From positions 24,934 through 88,933 of the forward strand of contig JACAEV010000100.1 in assembly GCA_013388645.1 (NCBI GenBank): a stretch of 64,000 nt of DNA, in the 5' to 3' direction. Numbering within the stretch: position 1 is the first letter of the stretch; each line of letters opens with the position of its first letter. This DNA comes from Syntrophaceae bacterium. Its GTDB lineage: Bacteria; Desulfobacterota; BSN033; UBA1163. The notes below the pieces were generated by a model. It saw only the letters and a list, made by a program, of their open reading frames with translations. It did no database searches and was not told the origin of the DNA. Positions 49,646 to 59,692 of the stretch are shown here, piece by piece. The position numbers and the translations under genes were made by a program.

Positions 49646-51010
49646 TCAGGATTCTCTAAAATCTTCTGTTTTTAGACCATGTTTCTTTAGGAGATCGTAG
49701 AAATCAACCCGGTGCTTTCCAGCAAGCTTTGAGGCGTTGGTCACATTGCCTTCACAGAGTTCAAGGAGGCGGATAAGATATTCCTTCTCAAACTCATCTC
49801 TGGCTTCTCTGAGAGGTTTTACAGATCCCTGGGAGATTGACAGTGTGGTTTTGAGAATAAGGTCTTCAGTAAGGACATCTTTTTGAGCCATGGCCACCGC
49901 GTACTCTATGGTGTTCTCTAACTCTCGCACATTCCCGGGCCATTCATGAAGCATCAGCTTCTGTATTGCCTTAGGGGTGAAACCTTTCACCTCCTTTTTC
50001 ATCTCGCCGCTGAATTTCTTTAGGAAGTATCTTGCTAAAGGCGGAATGTCTTCTTTTCTTTCTCTCAACGGCGGCAGAAGGATGGGGACAACATGAATCC
50101 GGTAAAAGAGATCTTCACGGAAAAGTCCTTGTTTAACCTGGTCTTCAAGGTCTCTCTGAGTGGCCACAATCACCCGAATATCCACCTCCACAGATCTTTC
50201 ACTGCCCACCGGATAGAACTGTCGCTCTTGAAGCACCCTCAGAAGTTTGGCCTGAATTGAAAGAGGCATATCTCCAATCTCATCCAAAAAGATAGTGCCT
50301 TCATGACCCTGAGTAAACAAACCTCTTTTACTCCGAATCGCCCCGGTAAAGGCCCCCTTTTCATGGCCAAAAAGTTCAGACTCCAGGAGATTTTCAGGAA
50401 GAGCGGCACAATTGATTGCTACGAAGGGTTTATCCCTCCTCTCACTTGCAACGTGAACAGCTTTTGCGATCAACTCCTTGCCCGTGCCGCTCTCTCCATG
50501 GATATAGACTGTAGAATCCGTTTGGGCAATCCTGGATACCACTTCCAGCACCCTTTGCATCTTCTCGCTTTTGGCCACAATATTTGAAAACTCATACTTC
50601 TCTTTCAGAAGACCCTTAAGCCGTTTGATTTCCGAGGTGAGCCTTCGATTCTCCAAAGCCTTTTCGATTTGTAAGAGCAGGTCGGGGGGATTAAAAGGCT
50701 TGGTAATGTAGCTATAGGCTCCTCTTTTCATGGCCTCCACCGCACTCCCAATCGTTCCATAGGCTGTGACGATAATGACGGGCATCTCAGGGAGAATCGC
50801 ATGAAGTCTCTCCATTAATGAGATCCCATCCTGGTGGATTAGCTGGAGATCGACAAGGGAGACGTCAAACGTTTGCTCCTTGATCGCCTCGATGGCCTCC
50901 TCTTCTTGTAGGGCTGCGGTTACCTTATAGCTTGCAGACTCGAGTCTGATTTTTACCAGGTCTATGAAATTTCTGTCATCATCAACTAATAAGATCTTTC
51001 CTGAAACCAT
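49646..51010 (-). CDS. sigma54-dependent response regulator (NtrC family, GlrR/QseF-like)
   Basis: Receiver LLVDDD; GESGTGKE, ESELFGHEKGAFTGA, FLDEIGD, QAKLLRVLQ, WPGNVRELEN; C-terminal HTH. Confidence 0.95.
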   Translation of the reverse strand: MVSGKILLVDDDRNFIDLVKIRLESASYKVTAALQEEEAIEAIKEQTFDVSLVDLQLIHQDGISLMERLHAILPEMPVIIVTAYGTIGSAVEAMKRGAYSYITKPFNPPDLLLQIEKALENRRLTSEIKRLKGLLKEKYEFSNIVAKSEKMQRVLEVVSRIAQTDSTVYIHGESGTGKELIAKAVHVASERRDKPFVAINCAALPENLLESELFGHEKGAFTGAIRSKRGLFTQGHEGTIFLDEIGDMPLSIQAKLLRVLQERQFYPVGSERSVEVDIRVIVATQRDLEDQVKQGLFREDLFYRIHVVPILLPPLRERKEDIPPLARYFLKKFSGEMKKEVKGFTPKAIQKLMLHEWPGNVRELENTIEYAVAMAQKDVLTEDLILKTTLSISQGSVKPLREARDEFEKEYLIRLLELCEGNVTNASKLAGKHRVDFYDLLKKHGLKTEDFRES

Positions 51011-51108
51011 TCGTCCCTCATTTATTTTCGTATGTAGTTAGGTTATCTTCATTCTTCTGTCCATTCTTTATTTCCAGGATACCACCTCTCCTAAAAAGCC
51101 AAGAAAGA

Positions 51109-52554
51109 TTAAACAGGCAAAACAAAAATGAAACGGCTCCCTTCTCCCTGTTTGCTTTCTACCCAAACCTCCCCTCTATGGGATTTGATAATCTGCTTAA
51201 CGATCGCCAAACCCAATCCGGTTCCTTTGGCCCGAGATAAACCAACGGCACTTGCTTGTTCGAACTTGTTGAATATGATTGTCAGATTTTCCCGCGGTAT
51301 TCCTGGACCTGTATCTGTTACGGACACCTCAACCCCTTGGTGAACGGGGCGTGCCAGAACCCTCACCTCTCCCCCCTCGGGAGTAAACTTCACGGCGTTT
51401 CCAACCAGGTTTCGAAGAACTTGAAGGATTCTCTCTATGTCCATTTCAATTCTCGGTAATCGCCCTTCCGCCTTCGCCTCAATCACGATTCGTTTGGCTT
51501 CCGCAAGGGGACTGATTTCATTGATCGATTGTTCAATCAGAGGTTCGAGGCTCGCTCGTTGAAAGTCATACGTCATCATCCCCGCTTCCATTTTGGAAAG
51601 GTCCAGCAAAGAATTGACGAGACCAATCAAACGGTCGCCTTCTTCTGCCAGAATGGTTAAAAGCCTCTTTTGCTTTTCGGTCCCTAACCCACCTAAGTCT
51701 TCAGACAAAAGGTTAGCCCCTTCTCTCATGGAAATGAGCGGCATGCGTAATTCATGGGACACGGTTGAAAAAAAATCGGACTTCATCTTATCAAGGGCCT
51801 TTAGTTTCCCACACATTAGGTTAAAAGCCTCTGCAACCCTTTTTATCTCTGGTGGGGAAGAGATGTTCAAATCACTTTCAAAAATGCTCTGAGATACTTC
51901 TCCCGTTTTTTCCACTAAAATAGTTAAGGGTTTATTGATGCTTCTTGTAATAAAAAAGGAGATACCCGTTCCTAAAACAATTGTTGAAAGAGCCATGAGG
52001 ATCACCAGACTCCGGGCAGAGACCCCGGCTTCCCCCAACATCTTTAACCTGTTTGAGATGTCTTGCCAGGAATAACCTTCAAGCGTTTCCAGTTTTTTCA
52101 AAATTTCTGCTGAAACGTTTTCTTTTTCTTGCTTATACCATTTTCTATCATAGCTTTGGTTTATTCTCGCAACCCTGGTTTCCTCTTCAATCAATGACTG
52201 ATAATTTTCATAATATGCTTTCACCTTACCGAGAGAAGCCCTTTTCTTAGGTGTATCTGCGAGGGAGCTTGCTTCATTAAGATATTTCCTAAACTCCCTC
52301 GCGGCCAAGATAAACGCGTCGCTCTGAGAAGGGTTCCCTGTGGTGATATGCTCATCTTCATATTGTCGCTGCATTAGGATAGAATCCGCGAGCTCCTTTT
52401 TGTGGTTTAGAAGGGAGTTATCAATCTTCAGAATATACTGATTTTCAGTATTGAATTCGTGAAGCTTTAAAATAGCATACGTGCTTACCGTAATTACCAA
52501 AGCCAGCATGATGAGATAACCAATCATCAGCCGGGAAAGTATTGTTAATTTCAT
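51109..52554 (-). CDS. HAMP-domain sensor histidine kinase (GlrK/QseE-like)
   Basis: Two TM helices around a periplasmic domain, HAMP, SHELRMP, NLVGNAVKF, DTGPGI, GTGLGL. ATG at 52554 with GAAGGAG RBS. Confidence 0.92.
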   Translation of the reverse strand: MKLTILSRLMIGYLIMLALVITVSTYAILKLHEFNTENQYILKIDNSLLNHKKELADSILMQRQYEDEHITTGNPSQSDAFILAAREFRKYLNEASSLADTPKKRASLGKVKAYYENYQSLIEEETRVARINQSYDRKWYKQEKENVSAEILKKLETLEGYSWQDISNRLKMLGEAGVSARSLVILMALSTIVLGTGISFFITRSINKPLTILVEKTGEVSQSIFESDLNISSPPEIKRVAEAFNLMCGKLKALDKMKSDFFSTVSHELRMPLISMREGANLLSEDLGGLGTEKQKRLLTILAEEGDRLIGLVNSLLDLSKMEAGMMTYDFQRASLEPLIEQSINEISPLAEAKRIVIEAKAEGRLPRIEMDIERILQVLRNLVGNAVKFTPEGGEVRVLARPVHQGVEVSVTDTGPGIPRENLTIIFNKFEQASAVGLSRAKGTGLGLAIVKQIIKSHRGEVWVESKQGEGSRFIFVLPV

Positions 52555-52590
52555 AACGGCGTCTCCTTCGCTCCACGGAACGCACAAATG

Positions 52591-53937
52591 CTAATCCATC
52601 CCCGCTTCCTCCATATTAGCGACGATGACGAGAATGTAGTTCTCTGGATGGAGATGGGTTTTGGCAACACGGAGAACCTCTTCTCTGGTAACGGACTTGA
52701 TGAGGAATTTATATTTCTCAGGGTAGTCCAAACCTAAACCATAATACTCCACCTGAGTGAGAAAATTAGCCAACTTTCCTTGAGTGTCAAAACGCATAGG
52801 GAAACTGCCGACGAGGTATTTCTTTGCCCCTTCAAGTTCTTTCTCTGATACTTTCTCTTCTTGAATTCGCTTTATTTGTTGAAGAGCGATAGAGATAGCC
52901 TTTCGAGCAGATGCATTTTTTGTCTGGAGGACGACTTGGAAAGACCCTGGGTATGTTCCAGCGTCAAAAAAACTATCTACAGAATAGGCCAATCCCCTCT
53001 TGTTTCTGATTTCCTCCATCAAACGAGACGCAAACCCTCCGCCTCCCAGAATATAGTTCATGACACTAAGGGCATAGAAATCGGGGTTGCCTCGACTCAC
53101 TCCAACATGGCCAAGAATAATATTGGCCTGTGTGATCCTCCGATCGATCTTAATTGTTTTCATCCCTTTGGGAAAGACGGATTCAAAAACCTTTTTAGGA
53201 ATTTCACTTTGGGGCCATTTTTCAAGTCGGGGAAGAAGTCTTGTTTTTATTTCATTGTCATTAATGTCTCCAACCACAGTGAGAATGGCATGATTGGGAT
53301 GATAATAAGTTCGAAAAAAACGAAGGACGGACTCCCGTGTGATTTGGGGAAGTGATTCCTTGGTGCCCTCTACCGGATATTTGTATGGGCCTCCCAGAAA
53401 AAGGGCTTTCTGAAATTCTCTTTCAGCAACCCAACCGGGTTGATCCTCGGCGGACCGGATAGCAGCCAATGTTCTTTCGACTTCCCTTCGGATCTCCGCC
53501 TCAGGAAAAATGGGTTGGGTCAGTACCTCCATAAAGAGATCCAGCCCTTTATCCAGATCTTTCTTCAGAATACGGAGAGTTAACGTGGTAAAATCCCTTC
53601 CAGATAAAACATCCAGAGAGGCTCCCATAAAATCCAACACTTCATTGAGTGCTGTGAGAGAGTGCTTAGGGGTCCCCATAAGAAGTCCTTTTGCAGTGAT
53701 ATGAGATAAACCCTCTTTCTCAGAAGGATCTCTTGAGGACCCTCCATCAATGAGAAGCTCGAACGTCACAAAAGGGAGGGAACGCTCCTGGCAGAAAAGA
53801 AGGCGGAGTCCGTTTGGAAAAACCATTTTCTCGACAGGAGGTATGGCGTAAACCGTACCTGGAAGGAGAACGAGCCACGGAAATAACAGTACGAATATAA
53901 AGAGAACACTTGACCCCTTACGGATTTTAGGAATCAT
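52591..53937 (-). CDS. M16 family peptidase, non-catalytic subunit
   Basis: NGL, HITAK in place of HxxEH, ILGGGGFASRL..EIR.KRGLAY. Confidence 0.9.
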   Translation of the reverse strand: MIPKIRKGSSVLFIFVLLFPWLVLLPGTVYAIPPVEKMVFPNGLRLLFCQERSLPFVTFELLIDGGSSRDPSEKEGLSHITAKGLLMGTPKHSLTALNEVLDFMGASLDVLSGRDFTTLTLRILKKDLDKGLDLFMEVLTQPIFPEAEIRREVERTLAAIRSAEDQPGWVAEREFQKALFLGGPYKYPVEGTKESLPQITRESVLRFFRTYYHPNHAILTVVGDINDNEIKTRLLPRLEKWPQSEIPKKVFESVFPKGMKTIKIDRRITQANIILGHVGVSRGNPDFYALSVMNYILGGGGFASRLMEEIRNKRGLAYSVDSFFDAGTYPGSFQVVLQTKNASARKAISIALQQIKRIQEEKVSEKELEGAKKYLVGSFPMRFDTQGKLANFLTQVEYYGLGLDYPEKYKFLIKSVTREEVLRVAKTHLHPENYILVIVANMEEAGMD

Positions 53938-53946
53938 GGAACCTCC

Positions 53947-55332
53947 TTATCGAATGAACCGTTCTTTGAGAGAAGGCCCAGTTAGTGTGGGTTTTCCTTC
54001 CTTAGGCGGTAAGGGAATCAGAATCCCGACAGTTCGGTTGTCCGGAATGAGATATTTCTTGGCCGCTCTTTGGATGTCTTGTGGGGAGACTTTTCTGATG
54101 GCTGGAAGGTAATCGTCGATAGCTTTCCAGCCAACGGCAATCTCATGTTGGGCTAAGAGCATGGCTTGATAGAAAAGAGAATCCTGTCCAAATATGAAAG
54201 AAGCCTCGATTTGATTTTTTGCCTTTGCTAATTCACGCTCCCCCAATGGCTCTTTTTGAAGTCGTCCGATCTCTTGATCCAGAGCCTTTTCCACTTCCGA
54301 CACTTCTTTTCCCGGGAGAACTTCTGTTGAGAGAAGAAAGAGGCTCGAGTCTCTGGAGAGAAGAGAGTGATCTGCATCGGCTCCAAGAACAAGCCTTTTG
54401 TCCAGGACAAGGCTTTTATAGAGTCGAGAGCTTTTCCCTTCGGAGAGGATCGTGGCAATTACTTCCAGCACATAGCTATCTGGTTCACGGAGGTTTGGGA
54501 CATGGTAGCCCATGACCAGAAATGGAAGTTGAGCCTCCTTCCTTACAATGATTCTTCGCTCTCCTACCTGAGGAGGTTCTTTATCTCCTTCTTGAACGGG
54601 TGACCCCCCTTTCGGATAGGGCCCAAAGGCTTTCTCAATCTTTGACAGAAGTTCCTCTTTTTTGAAATCTCCGACAATGACAAGAAAGGCATTGACAGGG
54701 TTATAGTGGGTCCGGTAATATGTCTTTAAGTCCTCGAGTGTAAATCGCGCAATATCCTCCATCCATCCAACAGTGGGCCAGTGATAGGGATGTACTTGAA
54801 AAGCGGTGGCTTCCAACTGTTCGAGAAGATAAGCTTGAGGATTATCTTCCGTACGAAGTCTTCGCTCTTCCATCACGACCATTCGCTCTGTACGGAAGTC
54901 CTCCTCCCGAAGAAGTAAGTTCTGCATTCGGTCGGATTCTAAATCGATGGCAATTCGGATTTGATCTGCACTTAAATTCTCGAAATAGGCCGTAAAATCA
55001 CGCGAGGTGAAGGCGTTGTCATTCCCCCCATTCTCTTGAATGATTCTTGAATACGCTTCAGGACCAATCTTTTGGGTCCCCTTAAACATCATATGCTCCA
55101 GCATATGGGAAAGACCCGTCTTGCCCCACTCTTCATTCCGTGACCCGACCCGATACCAAATCTGAAACGTTATGAGGGGCGTCTTATGATTCTCCAGAAG
55201 GATCACCTTTAATCCATTGGACAAAACAGCTTCGAAAACTTGCTCATTGAGTCCTGCATGAGAAATCGGGATGAATAGAAGAAAGAAAGGGAGTAAAAGA
55301 ATGATTGTTCTTATCCTTGCTTTTGAATTCAT
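53947..55332 (-). CDS. M16 family (pitrilysin-like) zinc peptidase, catalytic subunit
   Basis: VGSRNE, HMLEHMMFKG, NAFT, E.RLR, SSRLY. Start moved to the ATG at 55332. Confidence 0.94.
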   Translation of the reverse strand: MNSKARIRTIILLLPFFLLFIPISHAGLNEQVFEAVLSNGLKVILLENHKTPLITFQIWYRVGSRNEEWGKTGLSHMLEHMMFKGTQKIGPEAYSRIIQENGGNDNAFTSRDFTAYFENLSADQIRIAIDLESDRMQNLLLREEDFRTERMVVMEERRLRTEDNPQAYLLEQLEATAFQVHPYHWPTVGWMEDIARFTLEDLKTYYRTHYNPVNAFLVIVGDFKKEELLSKIEKAFGPYPKGGSPVQEGDKEPPQVGERRIIVRKEAQLPFLVMGYHVPNLREPDSYVLEVIATILSEGKSSRLYKSLVLDKRLVLGADADHSLLSRDSSLFLLSTEVLPGKEVSEVEKALDQEIGRLQKEPLGERELAKAKNQIEASFIFGQDSLFYQAMLLAQHEIAVGWKAIDDYLPAIRKVSPQDIQRAAKKYLIPDNRTVGILIPLPPKEGKPTLTGPSLKERFIR

Positions 55333-55509
55333 TGTCCTCTCCGCTACACCTTGTTTGCCCTTATTGGCTATTGTCCTCAAATCATTCGATTTACGGAACA
55401 CCCTTTTCCATCAATTGGTTGAGATCATCTTCAGTCTATCGATGAAAAACCCCTCACTCGGAACCTTCCTGCTGCGCCTTTGGCCGGGCTCACACTGAAC
55501 CCCTTCTAA

Positions 55510-55782
55510 CTATTCGGAAAATCTCTTCTTGCCAATGAATAAATTGTAGAGCCAGCCGAGAAGTAATCCGCCGATTGCACCATCGATAAAGGCGTATAGG
55601 GTTCCAACAATTAAATCACCTATCGAACGCACGGCATGATAATCTGGATGGACCGAAGCTATCATCTTCAAGAACCCCTCGCCATATCCTGGCCAAATTA
55701 GGTTGGCAACACCTGTCATAAATAGTGCCAAAGCCCACAGAATGCCTGTAGCCAATGCAAGCGCTTTAAGATTTAATCTCAT
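55510..55782 (-). CDS. Small two-TM hypothetical membrane protein
   Basis: AGGAGG RBS; two hydrophobic helices; ends GWLYN. Confidence 0.7.
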   Translation of the reverse strand: MRLNLKALALATGILWALALFMTGVANLIWPGYGEGFLKMIASVHPDYHAVRSIGDLIVGTLYAFIDGAIGGLLLGWLYNLFIGKKRFSE

Positions 55783-55890
55783 TTTTTGCCTCCTACCCCA
55801 TGGACAAAACAGGGAGCCTCATCCTCTGAATCGTATTGGGCCTTCTCCACGAAGCTCTTTCCTCCTCATCTGTCAGCTCAAAGACGAAGA

Positions 55891-57678
55891 TCATTCTGAA
55901 AAGAAATCGTTGGCTTCAACGATTGCACCTCCTATCTGTTGCCTTGTGATCAGCCCTTTGACGTTACTGGCCTGAGCGGCTGCTGACCCATTTGTGACCA
56001 GGGCAATGGAAACATTGCGAGAACGCATCCTTTCTGCGATGGCGAAAAGTGTTGTCTCTTCCAACACGGTCACGTACCCTTCATGTGCGACCTCCTCCAA
56101 TGTGGTTGTCTCGTTCGATTCCCCCAGGGTTTCCACGAGAGTATCTTTCGAGACAACACCGAGGATTTCCCCACCTCGGTTTTCCACCAGAAATGCCAAT
56201 GCATCATTCTTTTTGGGGCCCATTCGGATAAGCTCCCTGAGTGGCATTGAAGCCGGCACAGTCATAAAATGGGTATCCATGAGTTCACGTGCCCTTCTCA
56301 ACTGTTGGAAATTTGCCTGCAACGTCTGGGGGATGATGTGCCCCCGACGGGCGAGTTTCATCGTATAAATGCTCTCCTTTGAAAGCATCGTTCTTACCCC
56401 GTAACCGATCGCCACAGTGATCGTCATGGGGATGATCACGTTGTAGTTCAAAGTCATCTCAAAGATCATCACAATGGCTGCCATCGGTGCCCCTGTGGCT
56501 CCCCCTGTCATTCCCGCCATCCCCGCAACGGCAAATGCCGGTGGATCGATCGGCAATTCGGGGAAGATCTGGCGCAGGATAAGCCCGAATGTTCCGCCCA
56601 AGGTGGCACCCAAATAGAGAGAGGGCGAGAAAATTCCGCCCGATGCACCCGAACCCAAGGTAACGGATGTGGCAAACAGTTTCAGGATAAAAAGGAGACC
56701 GAGAAGCTTTGCTTCAGAAAGTCTGTCCGTGAAGATGTCCTGAAGGGTCGCATACCCCACCCCCTCGACGTAGTAGTAACCAAGACTGGCCATCAATAGA
56801 TAGATGATAATGCCTACGAGTAACATTCCAATCATATGGCGGAGATAGGGGTTCCTCTTGATCCTTTGGTCGAAAAAATCTTCAAAGACATAGATTGATT
56901 TGATATAGACCGCGGAGGCGGCCCCCAAAAGGATACCCAGGCTTGCATAGGAGAGAAGTAAGAGTGGGTTGTCGATATGAAAATAGAGCATCTCAAAACT
57001 CGGTATCATGAAGGAAGGATAGGGGCCAAAGAAGATTTGACCTATGTATGTAGCCGTAACGGTGGCGATGGCCACGGGAACGATCGTTTTTACGCTTACC
57101 TCGTGGAGCATGAGTTCATAAGCAAACAGGACTCCGCCGATTGGCGTGTTAAAGGTAGCGGCTATCCCGGCTCCAGTCCCTGCTGCAATTAATATAATAC
57201 GTTGCCAGGTGGGCATACGCAGGATCTGGCCGACAGTGGATCCGAAAGAAGAACCAATTTGAACAATGGGCCCTTCCCGGCCAACCGATCCACCGCTACC
57301 GATAGAAAGTGCAGAGGCAATCGACTTAATCAAGGCGACGACGGGTCGAATGATACCCTTGTGGTAGTAGATTGCATCCATTACCTCAGGCACCCCATGC
57401 CCCTTGGCCTCCGGGGCGAAATTTTGAACGAGGAAAGTGACACCGATGGCTCCTACCACAGGCACGAAAATAACCCCCAGACCCCAAGGACTGGGGGACG
57501 TATGCACATTGGCGTCATAGACCACGGACAGTTTTCCAAGGAACAATAAGTTGTGAAAGAAAGCAATCAGTCCCCGGAATGCCACAGCCCCTAAACCGGC
57601 CACGACTCCAATTAGAATTGACAATAAGAAGAATCTAAAGGGTTGAAGGCTCGATCTTTGCCAAGTCGTTTCATCCAT
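55891..57678 (-). CDS. ClC family chloride channel/antiporter with CBS domains
   Basis: GHGVPE, GREGP (gating Glu), A.FNTP..G, GGIFSPSL..G, C-terminal CBS pair. Confidence 0.93.
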   Translation of the reverse strand: MDETTWQRSSLQPFRFFLLSILIGVVAGLGAVAFRGLIAFFHNLLFLGKLSVVYDANVHTSPSPWGLGVIFVPVVGAIGVTFLVQNFAPEAKGHGVPEVMDAIYYHKGIIRPVVALIKSIASALSIGSGGSVGREGPIVQIGSSFGSTVGQILRMPTWQRIILIAAGTGAGIAATFNTPIGGVLFAYELMLHEVSVKTIVPVAIATVTATYIGQIFFGPYPSFMIPSFEMLYFHIDNPLLLLSYASLGILLGAASAVYIKSIYVFEDFFDQRIKRNPYLRHMIGMLLVGIIIYLLMASLGYYYVEGVGYATLQDIFTDRLSEAKLLGLLFILKLFATSVTLGSGASGGIFSPSLYLGATLGGTFGLILRQIFPELPIDPPAFAVAGMAGMTGGATGAPMAAIVMIFEMTLNYNVIIPMTITVAIGYGVRTMLSKESIYTMKLARRGHIIPQTLQANFQQLRRARELMDTHFMTVPASMPLRELIRMGPKKNDALAFLVENRGGEILGVVSKDTLVETLGESNETTTLEEVAHEGYVTVLEETTLFAIAERMRSRNVSIALVTNGSAAAQASNVKGLITRQQIGGAIVEANDFFSE

Positions 57679-57795
57679 CAGAGATCCCTTTCTGTCTGAA
57701 ACTTAACACCAAAGCCTGCCTTCTTCTGCAATTCAGAGCGGTTCTGCTTTCTCATTTCGCTTCATTTCACACATCCCTCTTCTTCGTCAAAACTT

Positions 57796-59568
57796 CTATG
57801 ATGTAATAGGGCCGTCTTGAGATCGAATGCCAACCCGTCCGTTTTCCACAGAAATAAGATTATTAATTTCTTGAGCGGAAGCAAGATCAAACACTCTTTT
57901 GGCGACTGACTGCCAGTGCTCATATTTAACTGAGCGAACGATTTTTTTTGCTTCGAGAAGACAAGAAGGATTCATACTTAAATCGGTCAACCCTATCCCA
58001 AGCAAAAGAGGGATATAAGCTGCTGTCCCAGCCATTTCTCCACAAAGGGTAATTTGTTTATTTGTGCGATTTGCCACTTCAACAACATTTCGAATCAGCC
58101 GCAGGACAGCTGGGTTTAGCGGGTCATAAAGATGCTTTACCAAATCATTATCGCGATCCACTGCGAGCGTATATTGGGTCAAATCGTTTGTACCGATACT
58201 GAGGAAATCGACCTCTTTTGCTATTTGGTCAGCGAGGATCGCAACAGAAGGTATTTCGATCATCACCCCAAAAAGAATTCCTTCGTCAAAAGGAATCCCT
58301 TCTATTTGAAGTTCTTTTTTGGTCGATTCGAACAGATCTCGGATCTCCGTAACTTCCCCAATGTTTGAAATCATTGGGAAAAGAATCTTCACAGGTCCGT
58401 AGGCACTTGCTCTCAGAATCGCCCGAAGCTGCTGCTTGAAAAGATCCTTCTCTTTCAAAAACACACGGATGGACCGATAACCCAAGAAAGGATTCTTCTC
58501 TTTCTGGCTCTTCCCATCTTCAAAAAATTTATCCCCTCCAAAATCGAGTGTCCGGATTGTGACTTCCCTGCCCGCAGCCTCGGTAACTACTTTCTGATAG
58601 AGAGAAAATTGTTCATCTTCGGAGAGGAATCTTCTCCAGACCAGAAACGGCAGCTCGGTTCTGAACAATCCAATGCCATAGGCACCAAAACGAAGTGCGT
58701 ATTCAAGGTCGGTTAGTCCTCCGATATTAGCCCATAACCGAATTTCGCGGCCGCCAAGGGTTTCGCAAGGTAAAGAAACGAGTTTACATAATTCCGTTTG
58801 ATATGATTCCCGTTTCCTCTGGAGATCATGATAATTTTGGATGAGTTCCAAAGGCGGACGAATGAGTACGATACCTGTATCACCATCGACGATCAGGGTA
58901 TCCCCTTTCTTAACCTTTGAAAGTAATCCCTCTATACCGAGGACTGCAGGAATCCCAAGAGAACGAGCAAGAATCGCGGCATGAGAGTCCCTCCCTCCCA
59001 ACTCTGTTACAAAAGCAAGAACTTTTTTCTTGTCTAATCTGACCGTATCGGAGGGTGCCAGTTCCGAGGTTACCAATATCACTGGTTCCTTAAAATCCCA
59101 TGGGGGTTCCTGTGTTGACGTCAGCTTTCCGATAATTCTCCTTCCGATGTCCCTGATGTCAGCGCCACGCTCCCGTAAATAAGGGTCACCCATCTTATTA
59201 AAAGCTTCTCCAAACTCGTCAATTTGCCTCAAAACCGCTGACTCTGCATCAACCCGATCTTCCCGAATATCTTTTAAGATCCGAGCGATGAAATAAGGGT
59301 CCTTAAGTATTGCAAGGTGGGCAAGAAAGATCTCTGCTTCTTTCTTACCGATCCTTAGAGACAACTGTGAGTTATCTTCCATCAACTCATCGGTCACTTG
59401 ACGAATGGCCTCTTTAAGGTGGGCAACCTCTTCCTCTGCATGTGCCTCTTCGAGATTCCTCCTTTCAACCATCAGAAGAATGTCCTGAAAGACATAAGCC
59501 TTCCCGATGACGATTCCCGGTGAAGCGGCAATCCCCTTTAGAAACCATTTGCTAATTTCTTCATGCAT
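57796..59568 (-). CDS. ptsI: Phosphoenolpyruvate-protein phosphotransferase (PTS enzyme I)
   Basis: G..ASPG, SHAAILARS (phospho-His), GIGLFRTE, RTLD.GGDK, NPFLG.R, SIGTNDLTQY, CGEMA; no GAF domain. Confidence 0.93.
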   Translation of the reverse strand: MHEEISKWFLKGIAASPGIVIGKAYVFQDILLMVERRNLEEAHAEEEVAHLKEAIRQVTDELMEDNSQLSLRIGKKEAEIFLAHLAILKDPYFIARILKDIREDRVDAESAVLRQIDEFGEAFNKMGDPYLRERGADIRDIGRRIIGKLTSTQEPPWDFKEPVILVTSELAPSDTVRLDKKKVLAFVTELGGRDSHAAILARSLGIPAVLGIEGLLSKVKKGDTLIVDGDTGIVLIRPPLELIQNYHDLQRKRESYQTELCKLVSLPCETLGGREIRLWANIGGLTDLEYALRFGAYGIGLFRTELPFLVWRRFLSEDEQFSLYQKVVTEAAGREVTIRTLDFGGDKFFEDGKSQKEKNPFLGYRSIRVFLKEKDLFKQQLRAILRASAYGPVKILFPMISNIGEVTEIRDLFESTKKELQIEGIPFDEGILFGVMIEIPSVAILADQIAKEVDFLSIGTNDLTQYTLAVDRDNDLVKHLYDPLNPAVLRLIRNVVEVANRTNKQITLCGEMAGTAAYIPLLLGIGLTDLSMNPSCLLEAKKIVRSVKYEHWQSVAKRVFDLASAQEINNLISVENGRVGIRSQDGPITS

Positions 59569-59692
59569 TCCTGAACTTCCTTAGGTGAGTTCATTCATAT
59601 AGCGGCCATTGAATTCTGCTTTGCCGATACCAGATGTCACAAAACTTTCGTATTTCTAAATACCAATTGGTTCAAAATCGTCATACCACCTA

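Noticed and set aside
51011..51108. Remnant of a qseG-like lipoprotein gene between the kinase and regulator
   Set aside because: Only an RBS-like sequence and an 8-codon ORF (MDRRMKIT) are present, too short to support homology.
55510..55782. Phage holin
   Set aside because: Only size and two TM helices support it; there is no endolysin or other phage gene nearby.
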